Shown: piece after piece, positions 1 through 8,211 of the stretch
How the letters are laid out: every line of letters begins with the position of its first letter
How positions within the stretch are numbered: position 1 is the stretch's first letter
Notes under the pieces: model-generated
The model's input: the letters and a program-made list of their open reading frames with translations, nothing else
The model's database searches: none
What the model was told of the DNA's origin: nothing
NCBI RefSeq assembly: GCF_000012465.1
Contig: NC_007335.2
Coordinates: 1,440,001 to 1,472,000 of the forward strand
Reading direction: 5' to 3'
DNA length: 32,000 nt
Origin: Prochlorococcus marinus str. NATL2A
Lineage (GTDB): Bacteria; Cyanobacteriota; Cyanobacteriia; PCC-6307; Cyanobiaceae
Position numbers and translations under genes: made by a program

Positions 1-1
1 T

Positions 2-517
2 GTTTTTCGTGAAACACCACAAGTATCTTTTTTTGATGCAGGCGTAAATGGATCAAATGGTGCTGATGTTGTCATCCATCACAAAAACGCCATATCTCCT
101 CCTGATGACGGCAATTTTGAGCAGTATTACATCCATAATCATCAAGTTGATCACAATTTAGTGATTGAAGGGAGCCGAAAATTTACTCTTATTAATCCCA
201 AATGGGATGAGCCGCATCATGTAATTTTTTTAAATAGAGCAATGGGCGCACTGCAAATACCAATTGGAACTTATCACCGATCAGAATCAGGGAAAGAAGG
301 AAGTATTGTTTTGAATCAAGCAACTAGAGATGATATGTTTGATCAAAGAAAAGAATTCTCACCTGTTAGCCTCAGATCAAACAAACAATTAAGAAAGGCT
401 AGACAGGCTCATCCCGTCTACTGGATTTGGGAAGAAGAAAGAATAAAAAGAGTAAAACTAGATTGCAAAGGGTACTCCAAGAACATTAAGTTAGAGCCTT
501 TAAAAACTGCGCATTAA
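2..517 (+). CDS. hypothetical protein, possibly cupin-like beta-barrel; 5' end outside window
   Basis: The frame of the 161..517 ORF stays open back to base 2 with no in-frame ATG, so the GTG at 161 is probably not the start. The segment QYYIHNHQVDHNLVIEGS...ALQIPIGTYHRS resembles the two His-containing cupin motifs. Function is only a guess. Confidence 0.55.
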   Translation, partial: VFRETPQVSFFDAGVNGSNGADVVIHHKNAISPPDDGNFEQYYIHNHQVDHNLVIEGSRKFTLINPKWDEPHHVIFLNRAMGALQIPIGTYHRSESGKEGSIVLNQATRDDMFDQRKEFSPVSLRSNKQLRKARQAHPVYWIWEEERIKRVKLDCKGYSKNIKLEPLKTAH

Positions 518-685
518 TACATGCAATATTTCATATTATATTATAGTTAAAAAAATTAAAGTATTATACCAACTAAAATCAGACATAATGATAGAAAATC
601 ACAACATATTATAGACGTATAAATAAGACATGATTAATAGTTTACTATAGAGGCACTATAAACATATGAAAAAATTAACAGTGAA

Positions 686-865
686 TTAAATTAAAGGTGA
701 TTTAAAAAAGCCAGGAATAATTTGTCCTGTTGTTGCATATGCGCCAACAAGAGAAGTTATACCAATCATTACCCAACGACCGTTAAATAACTCAGCGGAC
801 GCTGGACTGAACTCATTAACTACGTTGATATAGTTACCAGATTTGGAGGATGATTCTGAATTCAA
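686..865 (-). CDS. hli: high-light-inducible protein (HLIP, one-helix CAB family)
   Basis: C-terminal NGRWVMIGITSLVGAYATTGQIIPGFF is the HLIP signature. The ORF-track start at 937 lies inside the upstream hli. The only plausible start after that gene's stop is TTG at 865-863, overlapping the TGA at 864-862 (tTTGA). This gives about 59 aa. Confidence 0.75.
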   Translation of the reverse strand: MNSESSSKSGNYINVVNEFSPASAELFNGRWVMIGITSLVGAYATTGQIIPGFFKSPLI

Positions 866-1062
866 AAGATACCTGGGATGATTTGTCCTGTTGTGACGTA
901 TGCACCTAGAAGGCTGATCATTCCAATCATTGCCCAACGTCCATTAGTTTTCTCAGCTTCCTTTGGATAGCTTGTATAGTTTTCCACCAACTGTGGAGGA
1001 GTTTCACGAGCAAATATATTTTGCTTGCCGTATTCAGTAATTACCTGAGAAGAAGATGACAT
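862..1062 (-). CDS. hli: high-light-inducible protein (HLIP)
   Basis: 66 aa, ATG start. AEKTNGRWAMIGMISLLGAYVTTGQIIPGIF matches the canonical Prochlorococcus HLIP helix and C-terminus. Confidence 0.9.
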   Translation of the reverse strand: MSSSSQVITEYGKQNIFARETPPQLVENYTSYPKEAEKTNGRWAMIGMISLLGAYVTTGQIIPGIF

Positions 1063-1207
1063 GTACTGATTGACTTTTAAACTAAGTTAAGTGCTTTGTT
1101 GTGCGATACAAAGATACGGTCGAGTTCGGCTTACACGTCTTTCAAAATTTGGAAAGGGATAAAGTTATGCCCAAGCAGTAATGCCTGAATTGCAATCAAA
1201 GACTTTA

Positions 1208-1240
1208 GAGAAAAACAAACTGGCAATGATCACAATTGCC
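1208..1240 (-). terminator. possible rho-independent terminator after the 1312..1512 ORF
   Basis: On the minus strand, GGCAAT-ugugauc-AUUGCC (6 bp stem) is followed by AGUUUGUUUUUCUC. The stem is weak. Confidence 0.35.
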
Positions 1241-1311
1241 TACAGGACACATAGCTTCTTGTGACACCAGTGTGCCTCACTTGAGAAGATCTCGCAGCTA
1301 GAAGTTAGATG

Positions 1312-1512
1312 TCATGAACCTTCTAAAATTGAGAATTGATAGCTATCCCTAGTGGAATAAGCCATCCCATCCCCATCATTATCATCATCATCAAAGCTAG
1401 AAATTAAAATTCGAATTCCTAGCAACGCAAGAAATCCTGAGACAAAAACTACTATTAATTGAGTGTGCATTATTTCTTCAAATTTTAATGATAAAAATAT
1501 TTCTAACCACAA
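1312..1512 (-). CDS. small membrane protein with acidic tail, hypothetical
   Basis: One hydrophobic helix (LIVVFVSGFLALLGIRILI) followed by DDDDNDGDG. The track start is TTG at 1512. An ATG at 1470-1468 would give 52 aa. A possible terminator lies downstream. Confidence 0.4.
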   Translation of the reverse strand: MWLEIFLSLKFEEIMHTQLIVVFVSGFLALLGIRILISSFDDDDNDGDGMAYSTRDSYQFSILEGS

Positions 1513-1985
1513 AAAGGTAGTAATTCACGCAAAGACACCATCAGAGAACTAGATCAATGCTTCTCAAGCTCAACAAGGATTTATTGTTTAGTTGCTTTTT
1601 TGAGTGTTTTTGAAGTCCTATTGTTCTTTTTAGCCAGATCAGCCTTGCTTGGATTAGGGATACTGAATTGAGTAAGTAATTTCATGAACATTTTGAGAAA
1701 TTAAAGAATATTCAAAACTTATAAATAACTAATCATTTTCAACTTGAAACTCTTTCAATGAGTCTCCGTAATAACTCATAGCGAATTGAAGTAAAACCCA
1801 GTTCACAGCTCTAGACATTGTGACCTCGAAATGAATTCAACTTAAAGATGGCTTATGTTTCAAAGCCTTGCCATGAGTAATTATTATTTTTAAAGGATTT
1901 AAAAAATTCGTTGCTATTTAAAAATCAAATCTGTCATCACTCATAGTTCTAAGTAGAAGTAACGATAAGTAATTATTCATAGCAT

Positions 1986-2231
1986 TTGTGCATTTTAAAT
2001 ATAAAATTTGCTCATCAAGCAACTGAAAGGTATTGCATGTTTTTTTTATCGAATCCTCAGGTGTGGCACTTACCTGGCACTTGGTCTGAACAACCTATTG
2101 ATGGTCCTTACTTAGGCATGACCTCAAGTCAATTAAGTTGGGTGGCTGTATCGATTTTGGTAACTCTATTGATAGCTTTTAGTGTTTACATCCTTGAGAC
2201 GAGCAACTCAAAGCGTAAAAGAAGTTCTTAG
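1986..2231 (+). CDS. small membrane protein, hypothetical
   Basis: C-terminal TM helix (WVAVSILVTLLIAFSVYIL) plus a basic tail. The first ATG is at 2037 (64 aa); the track start is non-ATG. Confidence 0.4.
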   Translation: MCILNIKFAHQATERYCMFFLSNPQVWHLPGTWSEQPIDGPYLGMTSSQLSWVAVSILVTLLIAFSVYILETSNSKRKRSS

Positions 2232-2277
2232 AATTATTTGAATAATTAAAATCGACTTACTGGGTAAGTGATATTTC

Positions 2278-2601
2278 ATGACTTATTTTATTTTATATTT
2301 CTTTGGCATAGCCTCAATTTGGTGGGTTTATCGTGTTGGATGGACTGAAGCTCTAAAGACCATTCTCAGTGTTTTAATTCCTTCCTTATTAATTATTCTT
2401 TTTAATGTAAAAGCAGGACGACTCATATTCAAAAATCCTATGGTTGGGATAATAAGTGTTCTTCCCACCGCCATTTTTATTTATCGAGGATCAAAGCCTA
2501 TAGTAGTTGGGATTAATAGTTGGATAGATAGGAAAAGAAACGAATTTGTTGATTCAAAAGAAGTGGTTGATGCCGAAGTGGTTTCGAAAGAGGAAGCATA
2601 G
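2278..2601 (+). CDS. membrane protein, about 3 TM helices, hypothetical
   Basis: ATG start, 107 aa, three hydrophobic segments, acidic C-terminus, no overlap with other ORFs. Confidence 0.55.
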   Translation: MTYFILYFFGIASIWWVYRVGWTEALKTILSVLIPSLLIILFNVKAGRLIFKNPMVGIISVLPTAIFIYRGSKPIVVGINSWIDRKRNEFVDSKEVVDAEVVSKEEA

Positions 2602-2807
2602 TCTTTGATTTCAACAACGTAGTCATAGCAAGAGATTTGCCGAAAAAAAAACTCTCAAACCTTTATATATGGATCTCTTTCCCATTGAAGAAAAATGAAT
2701 TATATTTTGAATTTCGAAAAAACCAGGAGTTTCTTTATCCTTTTATTAGTTATATTTGTTGATCGCGTTGGATAAATGGCAATAATAAAGTGATTAACAA
2801 ATAAACC

Positions 2808-2960
2808 ATGACAGATAACGAGCCAAAGTGGGATTACACCACTAAAGAAGGAAATTTTGCTGCAGGAGCTGCGGTTGTTGGAGGGAATTTACTAGTTCTT
2901 ATTATTTACATTCTCTATAGAACTGTTCCCTCTGTGCACCATTTCATTATCGGGAGATAA
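2808..2960 (+). CDS. 50-aa single-TM peptide (below ORF-track cutoff)
   Basis: My own translation: MTDNEPKWDYTTKEGNFAAGAAVVGGNLLVLIIYILYRTVPSVHHFIIGR. ATG at 2808, TAA at 2958. Confidence 0.3.
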   Translation: MTDNEPKWDYTTKEGNFAAGAAVVGGNLLVLIIYILYRTVPSVHHFIIGR

Positions 2961-3008
2961 CTCAAAAGGCATCAGGAGAGCGACTTTACTTATTGGAGAA
3001 CAGAATTT

Positions 3009-3221
3009 TCAGTATCTTCTGTTAGTTGTTGATTGAGACCAGATGAAAGCCAATAAACAAGCCATTCCAATCAAAGGGAGAAGGGTTTTAATTAACCCAA
3101 CTAGAACCAACACGCCTATTCCGCTAGAGGTATAAATTGCCCATTTCGGGACATATCTACCCGCTCTGCTCCCTTTATTATTTGAAGGGGGAATTACTTC
3201 TGGATCAATAGCCATTTTCAA
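3009..3221 (-). CDS. small membrane protein (2 TM), hypothetical
   Basis: 70 aa, ATG start, two hydrophobic helices. Confidence 0.5.
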   Translation of the reverse strand: MKMAIDPEVIPPSNNKGSRAGRYVPKWAIYTSSGIGVLVLVGLIKTLLPLIGMACLLAFIWSQSTTNRRY

Positions 3222-3345
3222 CTGAAAGATAATTTATCTATTGACAGAATAAATTCATTAAAGAGGAAGACAAGCGCACAATGGATACTGTAATCAGGAG
3301 AATTTGTTGCTGGCCATCTCCTCATGTCTAATATTATTGAAGCAT

Positions 3346-3531
3346 CTATTTATTTTTAGTTTCTTCAAATAATCCAAAAAAAGTCCATGCAATTAATGAA
3401 ACAAGTCCAAACACCAAAGATAAGATAGCAAAAATAAATTCCCCTAAAAAAAGAACTGCAATAGCTATTGTTATGAAAATCAAAGAAAAAATTAAATAAA
3501 TATTCGGAGGGATTTTTTTTAGATACTCCAT
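3346..3531 (-). CDS. small membrane protein (2 TM), hypothetical
   Basis: 61 aa, ATG start, almost entirely hydrophobic. Confidence 0.5.
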   Translation of the reverse strand: MEYLKKIPPNIYLIFSLIFITIAIAVLFLGEFIFAILSLVFGLVSLIAWTFFGLFEETKNK

Positions 3532-3556
3532 AATTAACCTGTAAAAAACATCTTTA

Positions 3557-3724
3557 TTAAAAGGGAAACTCAGATTTTATCCATAAAGCAGAACTAACTT
3601 TCATAAGTAACCACATTACTAAAGCACCCTCAAGAAAACCAAACCAATACAGGGCATAGTTAGATATCCCCATTTCTTTTTGAGCACGTTCAACAAATGA
3701 TTTATGCCATTTGATCAACTTCAC
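3557..3724 (-). CDS. 55-aa peptide with C-terminal TM helix (below ORF-track cutoff)
   Basis: My own translation from GTG at 3724: VKLIKWHKSFVERAQKEMGISNYALYWFGFLEGALVMWLLMKVSSALWIKSEFPF. TAA at 3559-3557. Confidence 0.3.
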   Translation of the reverse strand: MKLIKWHKSFVERAQKEMGISNYALYWFGFLEGALVMWLLMKVSSALWIKSEFPF

Positions 3725-4031
3725 AATTCATCCATGTAGATAAAATTATTATAGTTAAAAACTGCAAATAATTTTTTTTTAGAATAATGGGATTTCTTAT
3801 TCTTGTAAGAGATTTTTCTAAGCCAAGGAGGCAAGGCTAACGACCTAAAGACGAGCATAATTTTATTTATCATGTATTAATAACTACGAAAATGAGTCAT
3901 ATAAAATTTCTAAAAATATTAATCCAGTAATTCAAACTAATTCAGCAATCTTTGATAGGTATAAAAATACTATTACCTTATTATCAAAAAATGGATGAAT
4001 TGAGATGCATTAAATTATTAGAAGTTAAATA

Positions 4032-4133
4032 TTACCTTGAATAATTCAATCCTCTGTAAGTGAATTTTATTTGAGGCTTTGAGGCTGAATTACAATATAC
4101 AAATGATCTTCCATTAAAATACATGTTGACCAT
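4032..4133 (-). CDS. 33-aa peptide downstream of candidate glutamine riboswitch (possible gifB-like / Downstream-peptide ORF)
   Basis: AAGGAG (4147-4142) lies 8 nt before ATG (4133-4131). The product is MVNMYFNGRSFVYCNSASKPQIKFTYRGLNYSR, with TAA at 4034-4032. Strong SDs are unusual in this AT-rich context. Confidence 0.4.
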   Translation of the reverse strand: MVNMYFNGRSFVYCNSASKPQIKFTYRGLNYSR

Positions 4134-4190
4134 GGTCCTAGCTCCTTAGAAGCGCTCAAGTCCCCGTCCTTTGGCTTGAGTCGAACTGCG
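4134..4190 (-). promoter_or_regulatory. candidate glutamine-II riboswitch (Downstream-peptide motif)
   Basis: Minus strand reads CAGUUCGACUCAAGCCAAAGGACGGGGACUUGAGCGCUUCUAAGGAGCUAGGACC. There is a CUCAAG/CUUGAG helix. The loop GGAC can pair with the GUUC just 5' of the helix (pseudoknot). GUUC...GGACGG resembles the conserved glutamine-aptamer signature as I recall it. The SD follows immediately 3'. Confidence 0.4.
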
Positions 4191-4236
4191 GTCTACGTAA
4201 GCAGATCGGACGATTGAGTAGCAAAAGCTATACACC

Positions 4237-4265
4237 TTTATAGTATTTATACTTATTAATGTCAA
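4237..4265 (-). promoter_or_regulatory. sigma70-type promoter, TTGACA-N17-TATAAA
   Basis: On the minus strand, TTGACA (4265-4260), a 17 nt spacer, then TATAAA (4242-4237). Predicted TSS is near 4230, giving a leader of about 95 nt before the 33-aa ORF. Confidence 0.4.
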
Positions 4266-4319
4266 CACTGGAGATTTTGTCTCTATATGTTTGTCTACCT
4301 CAAGAGAAAAATTACGTGG

Positions 4320-6245
4320 TTACTTTGCTGACTCAGACAACTCACTTAGCTCAATCCATCTATCCTCATACTCTTGAATAGATTCAATTAGTTCTGCTAA
4401 TTGATGACTAATTTCACTAATGTCTACATCATTATCAGTGATCTTTTTTTCTAAATATATTTTCTTTTTTTCTAACATAGGTAGTCTCAGATCTAATTCT
4501 TTTAATTCTCTAGCTTCTTTAAAACTCAATCGTCTAGGATCATTTTTAGAAACTAATTTTATTTCTTGTCCACGCTTATTTTTTGAATTATTGACTATTT
4601 TGGCTCGTTCTTTTGTTTCATTGTTTCGCTCCTCTAATATTTTATGATCAAGAAATCGAGAGTAATTTCCTTCATATCTTCGCAAGTAACCGTTTTCAAA
4701 ATTAAAAATTCGATCAATAGTACGATCAAGAAAATATCTATCATGCGATACAACTACGACACAACCTTTAAAATCATCAAGAAAATCTTCTAGCACACTT
4801 AGTGTTTGTATATCTAAATCATTTGTAGGCTCATCAAGCAATAATACGTTGGGAGCTTGTATGAGCATTTTGCATAGAGCAAGTCTTCTTTTTTCTCCCC
4901 CTGAAAGTTTTTGCAGAGGACTATGTTGTTGACTGGGTGGAAAGAGGAATTTTTCTAAGAGTTGTGATGCTGTAATTTGTTTCCCTCCATGATCAATTCG
5001 TAATGCAGCCTCCTCCACAAAATCGATAACTTTGCGGTTTAAGCCACTCCCTTGATTTAAGTCATTTGTATGTTGATCTAAGTAGCCAATATGAACCGTT
5101 TCTCCAAGTTTTATTTTCCCACTTGTAGGCAATCTTTTACCCGAAATTAGATCTAAAAGAGTGGATTTACCACTGCCATTTGGACCAATAATTCCTACTC
5201 GGTCCTCTGGACTAAAGCTATAAGTAAAATCACATAAAAGATCCAAGTTATTCTCTTTATTGTTGAGCGATAGCCCTACACCTTCAGCCTCAATTGCGAT
5301 TTTTCCAATTCTTCTACTTAATGAATTCATTTCTAAATTAGCTTTGACATGACTTTTAGGTTTCGCTTGCATTTCAGCAATCCGTTGAATACGTGCTTTT
5401 TGTTTTGTACTTCTTGCTTTGGGACCCTGTCTTAACCAAGCTAATTCCTTTCTTAAAACACCCTGAAACTTTTTCTTTGTAGATGCCTCTGATTGCTCTT
5501 GTTCAACTTTTTGTTGAAGAAATTCACGATAATTGCCCGAATACTTGCGAGTTTCTCCATTGTTAATTTCGACCATCCGGTTGGTAATGCGATCAAGAAC
5601 ATATCTATCGTGAGTTATTAAGACCAGCGCACCCTTATAATGGTCTAACCAATTTTGAAGCCATTCCACTGCAGATGCATCTAGGTGGTTAGTAGGTTCA
5701 TCAAGAAGTAAGACATCTGGATTAGAGACAAGCGCAGCGGCAAGTCCCACTCTTTTGCGATAACCACCAGAAAGCTCTTTTACTGGTTTATCTAAGTCTT
5801 TTATACCTAATCTTCTTAGAACATCTTGGCATTGTTGTTCTAAATTCCATGCCTCAGCGGCATCCATAAGTTCACTCGCCTGACCTAGTTTTTTCAAAAG
5901 GTCTTCATCTTCTGGATTTTGAGCGATTTTTCTACTTAGCTGACTGAAATTAAGTAATAATTTTCTTTTTTCTCCACACCCTTCAAGAACTTCTTCCAAA
6001 ACACTTTTTTCACTGTTGTAACTTGTTTCTTGCCCAACTAAAGATATCCGCAAAGATGGTAAACATCTTCTTTCTCCTTCCATCAAAGGTTCTATTCCTG
6101 CAATGACTCTCAAAAGTGTTGACTTGCCAGATCCATTTGGACCAATCAAACCAAGTCTCTCTTTTTTATTTACATGAAGATCTAAATTTTTAAAAAGATT
6201 TTTTATTCCAAAGTCTGTAGAAGCATTAACAAGACTAATCAACAC
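4320..6245 (-). CDS. ABC-F family ATPase (two ABC cassettes, Uup/EttA-like, no TM domain)
   Basis: Two Walker A motifs (GPNGSGKST twice), two signature motifs (LSGGYRKR, LSGGEKRR), two Walker B motifs (LLLDEPTN twice), and a charged coiled-coil C-terminal tail. The start is GTG at 6245 or TTG at 6242. Confidence 0.95.
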   Translation of the reverse strand: MLISLVNASTDFGIKNLFKNLDLHVNKKERLGLIGPNGSGKSTLLRVIAGIEPLMEGERRCLPSLRISLVGQETSYNSEKSVLEEVLEGCGEKRKLLLNFSQLSRKIAQNPEDEDLLKKLGQASELMDAAEAWNLEQQCQDVLRRLGIKDLDKPVKELSGGYRKRVGLAAALVSNPDVLLLDEPTNHLDASAVEWLQNWLDHYKGALVLITHDRYVLDRITNRMVEINNGETRKYSGNYREFLQQKVEQEQSEASTKKKFQGVLRKELAWLRQGPKARSTKQKARIQRIAEMQAKPKSHVKANLEMNSLSRRIGKIAIEAEGVGLSLNNKENNLDLLCDFTYSFSPEDRVGIIGPNGSGKSTLLDLISGKRLPTSGKIKLGETVHIGYLDQHTNDLNQGSGLNRKVIDFVEEAALRIDHGGKQITASQLLEKFLFPPSQQHSPLQKLSGGEKRRLALCKMLIQAPNVLLLDEPTNDLDIQTLSVLEDFLDDFKGCVVVVSHDRYFLDRTIDRIFNFENGYLRRYEGNYSRFLDHKILEERNNETKERAKIVNNSKNKRGQEIKLVSKNDPRRLSFKEARELKELDLRLPMLEKKKIYLEKKITDNDVDISEISHQLAELIESIQEYEDRWIELSELSESAK

Positions 6246-6381
6246 AGCTTAAATCCTCACGTCCTTAACTAAAGCTAACTTATAAATAGATTCTGTTATT
6301 GATAAATAGCTTTTTTAACAGTTACATCAACTATCAAATAGGAAATAAGGATGCAAGTTCAGAAAAATGTAGTCAAGAAAC

Positions 6382-6591
6382 TTAGCGAAAGAAATTACAG
6401 TACTGCTCTACTCTTGAACTAACCCTACCAGAATCTTTTAATCCTAATGACCTTGCGGCATCACCACCGTTAATTTCAACGGCATAGTATCGTCCACAAA
6501 TGTTCTTGGTTTCATAAATTCGATCATCAGAATTCACTGCCATCGGAGATATAAGAGAAAGAGAAAGAGCTACGAGAACGATACGTTTCAT
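6382..6591 (-). CDS. small secreted protein, hypothetical
   Basis: 69 aa with an N-terminal signal-like peptide (MKRIVLVALSLSLISPMAV) and two Cys residues in the mature part. Confidence 0.5.
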   Translation of the reverse strand: MKRIVLVALSLSLISPMAVNSDDRIYETKNICGRYYAVEINGGDAARSLGLKDSGRVSSRVEQYCNFFR

Positions 6592-6671
6592 TATTTTATT
6601 TATGAGATAAAAACTATAGAGCCTTATGTGAGTAAGATCTTACATAATTATTTATACATATAAGATTAAGG

Positions 6672-7034
6672 ATGAATTTTTTAGAGAGAGTTCTTTCAAA
6701 TTACTTTCTGGCTTGGAGTCAGATTTTTAATTACAAAGATAAAACAAGTAGAATACCTTTTTGGCACTTTTTTATCCTAGATGGATTTATAGGTGCTGTG
6801 GTTTCAATACTATCTAATAATAACCTTGCTAATGACCCAAATGATTTTTATAACATCGCTGAGGGATATGACTGGAGTTATTTTTATAGCATTCCATCTT
6901 TTTTAGTTTTTATAGCTTTATTAATCAGAAGACTGAGAGATATAGGTAAGGAAAACTTAGTTTTATGGGCATTTTGTTCATTTATTCCTTTCTATAATCT
7001 TTATATATTTGCCCAACCTTCCTCTGAAAAGTAA
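6672..7034 (+). CDS. DUF805-like inner-membrane protein
   Basis: FNYKDKTSRIPFWHFFIL followed later by LIRRLRDIGK matches the DUF805 pattern (GRxxRxEFW ... RRLHDxGxSGW) as I recall it. Confidence 0.6.
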   Translation: MNFLERVLSNYFLAWSQIFNYKDKTSRIPFWHFFILDGFIGAVVSILSNNNLANDPNDFYNIAEGYDWSYFYSIPSFLVFIALLIRRLRDIGKENLVLWAFCSFIPFYNLYIFAQPSSEK

Positions 7035-7080
7035 ATGAATTATTTTAAAGCTATAAGCATTATTTAGTTTTCTAAAATAC

Positions 7081-7377
7081 TCATTTCTTACCCTTAAAAG
7101 TTCGAGGATAAGGAATATTAAGAGCGTTAAACCTTTTCAATTTTTTACGACGCCTATAACGCTTATAAAGGAAGTCGAAAAGGGTCGACACTCCAAACCA
7201 AGAGAGAATACAACTTATAAATATCCTGGCACCTTCAGTCGAAGCAAGCCAATAGATAATAGGGTCAACTATAAGATTAATACTAATTAAAAAGCCAATA
7301 AACAAAGAGACAGTAAGACAAGCTATTACTAACAAAGCTTTGCTTATTTTTCTTTGGTTGGAATTTTTCATACCCAA
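7081..7377 (-). CDS. membrane protein (2-3 TM) with basic C-terminal tail, hypothetical
   Basis: 98 aa, ATG start, hydrophobic core, RYRRRKKLKR tail. Confidence 0.5.
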   Translation of the reverse strand: MGMKNSNQRKISKALLVIACLTVSLFIGFLISINLIVDPIIYWLASTEGARIFISCILSWFGVSTLFDFLYKRYRRRKKLKRFNALNIPYPRTFKGKK

Positions 7378-7727
7378 ATGCTTGAAATCTTATTAGGAAT
7401 CCATATTTTCTATTCTCAAGCAAAATAGATAGTAAAGGAATTTGAATGTAATAAAAGTTGATTCACCTTTAATATTGAATATATACAATTCACAGGTAAA
7501 ATTTTAAAAAATTCAAAGGCATATATTAAGAATTAGTTCTAATTAAGGTTAGATACTATTCAACTACTTTTAATAGATATATCTATTCGACAACGGCGAG
7601 ATGCTTATATAGCAATCAGGGAAGAGGCTTACGTTATTCTTCTGAATATTAAAATTACTTTTAGCCGAGTTGTTGGAAGTTTACAAATTGACCTGAGAAG
7701 GTAATTTAGATTAGCTGCTTTTAGCAA

Positions 7728-7931
7728 ATGTCATTTCATCAATCTGTCGAGGAAACGATGTCAGACCTTATATGTCATATGCTTAAAAGAACCGACCATC
7801 TCAATACTGAAGATCAGTTAGCTATTGGTCAAGAATACAGAGAATGGATTAAATGCATAAAGAATAAAGACCTTGTTCCACAAAATATACTCTTTATCAA
7901 TACATCTACTTTTGGGAAAAATACTCAATAA
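7728..7931 (+). CDS. hypothetical protein
   Basis: 67 aa, ATG start, soluble, no recognisable motif. Confidence 0.35.
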   Translation: MSFHQSVEETMSDLICHMLKRTDHLNTEDQLAIGQEYREWIKCIKNKDLVPQNILFINTSTFGKNTQ

Positions 7932-8211
7932 AAAGAATCTTTGTCTTTATATTTAGAAAAGTTCCTAAACTTTTTCAGGCCTCATATTCATTAACAGGAA
8001 TTGATCTAGTTGATCTCAGTTTATTCATTTCAACAGAAAGACAAATGTTCCATCTTTAGAAATTGATTTAAACTCACACAAATACGCTAAGAAGTTTCAG
8101 CGGGCTTTATTTGTGTGATCACAACTTTCAATTAAGAAAAAGCAAAAGATTTTCTTTAATTGCCTAGAAAATACAATAAAGAAATAGGGGTGAGAATGTA
8201 ATCCATCCACA

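Noticed and set aside
161-517. GTG at 161 as the start of the first gene
   Set aside because: The same frame is open back to base 2 and the upstream translation looks like genuine protein sequence. The gene most likely begins outside the window.
686-937. 83-aa model for the downstream hli gene
   Set aside because: Its first 24 codons overlap the upstream hli coding region in another frame and give a non-HLIP N-terminus. I replaced it with the TTG-start model 686..865.
4130-4225. GC-rich patch considered as a tRNA, tRNA fragment or SRP (4.5S) RNA
   Set aside because: No cloverleaf can be drawn on either strand. There is no GTTCGAATC-type T-arm with a complementary stem and no 7-nt anticodon loop. 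The SRP domain IV signature (GGAA tetraloop flanked by AGCAGCC-type strands) is absent. The riboswitch-plus-peptide reading explains the promoter, pseudoknot and SD better.
4285-4298. NtcA-like site GTA-N8-TAT upstream of the candidate riboswitch promoter (minus strand)
   Set aside because: The last base deviates from GTAN8TAC. The centre lies roughly 50 nt upstream of the predicted TSS, which fits neither the -41.5 activator position nor a repressor position. Such near-matches are expected by chance in AT-rich DNA.
4420-4647. 75-aa plus-strand ORF inside the ABC-F gene. The same applies to 10396..10590 inside the TPR-GT gene.
   Set aside because: These are antisense shadow ORFs within strongly supported genes, with F/S/L-rich low-complexity products.
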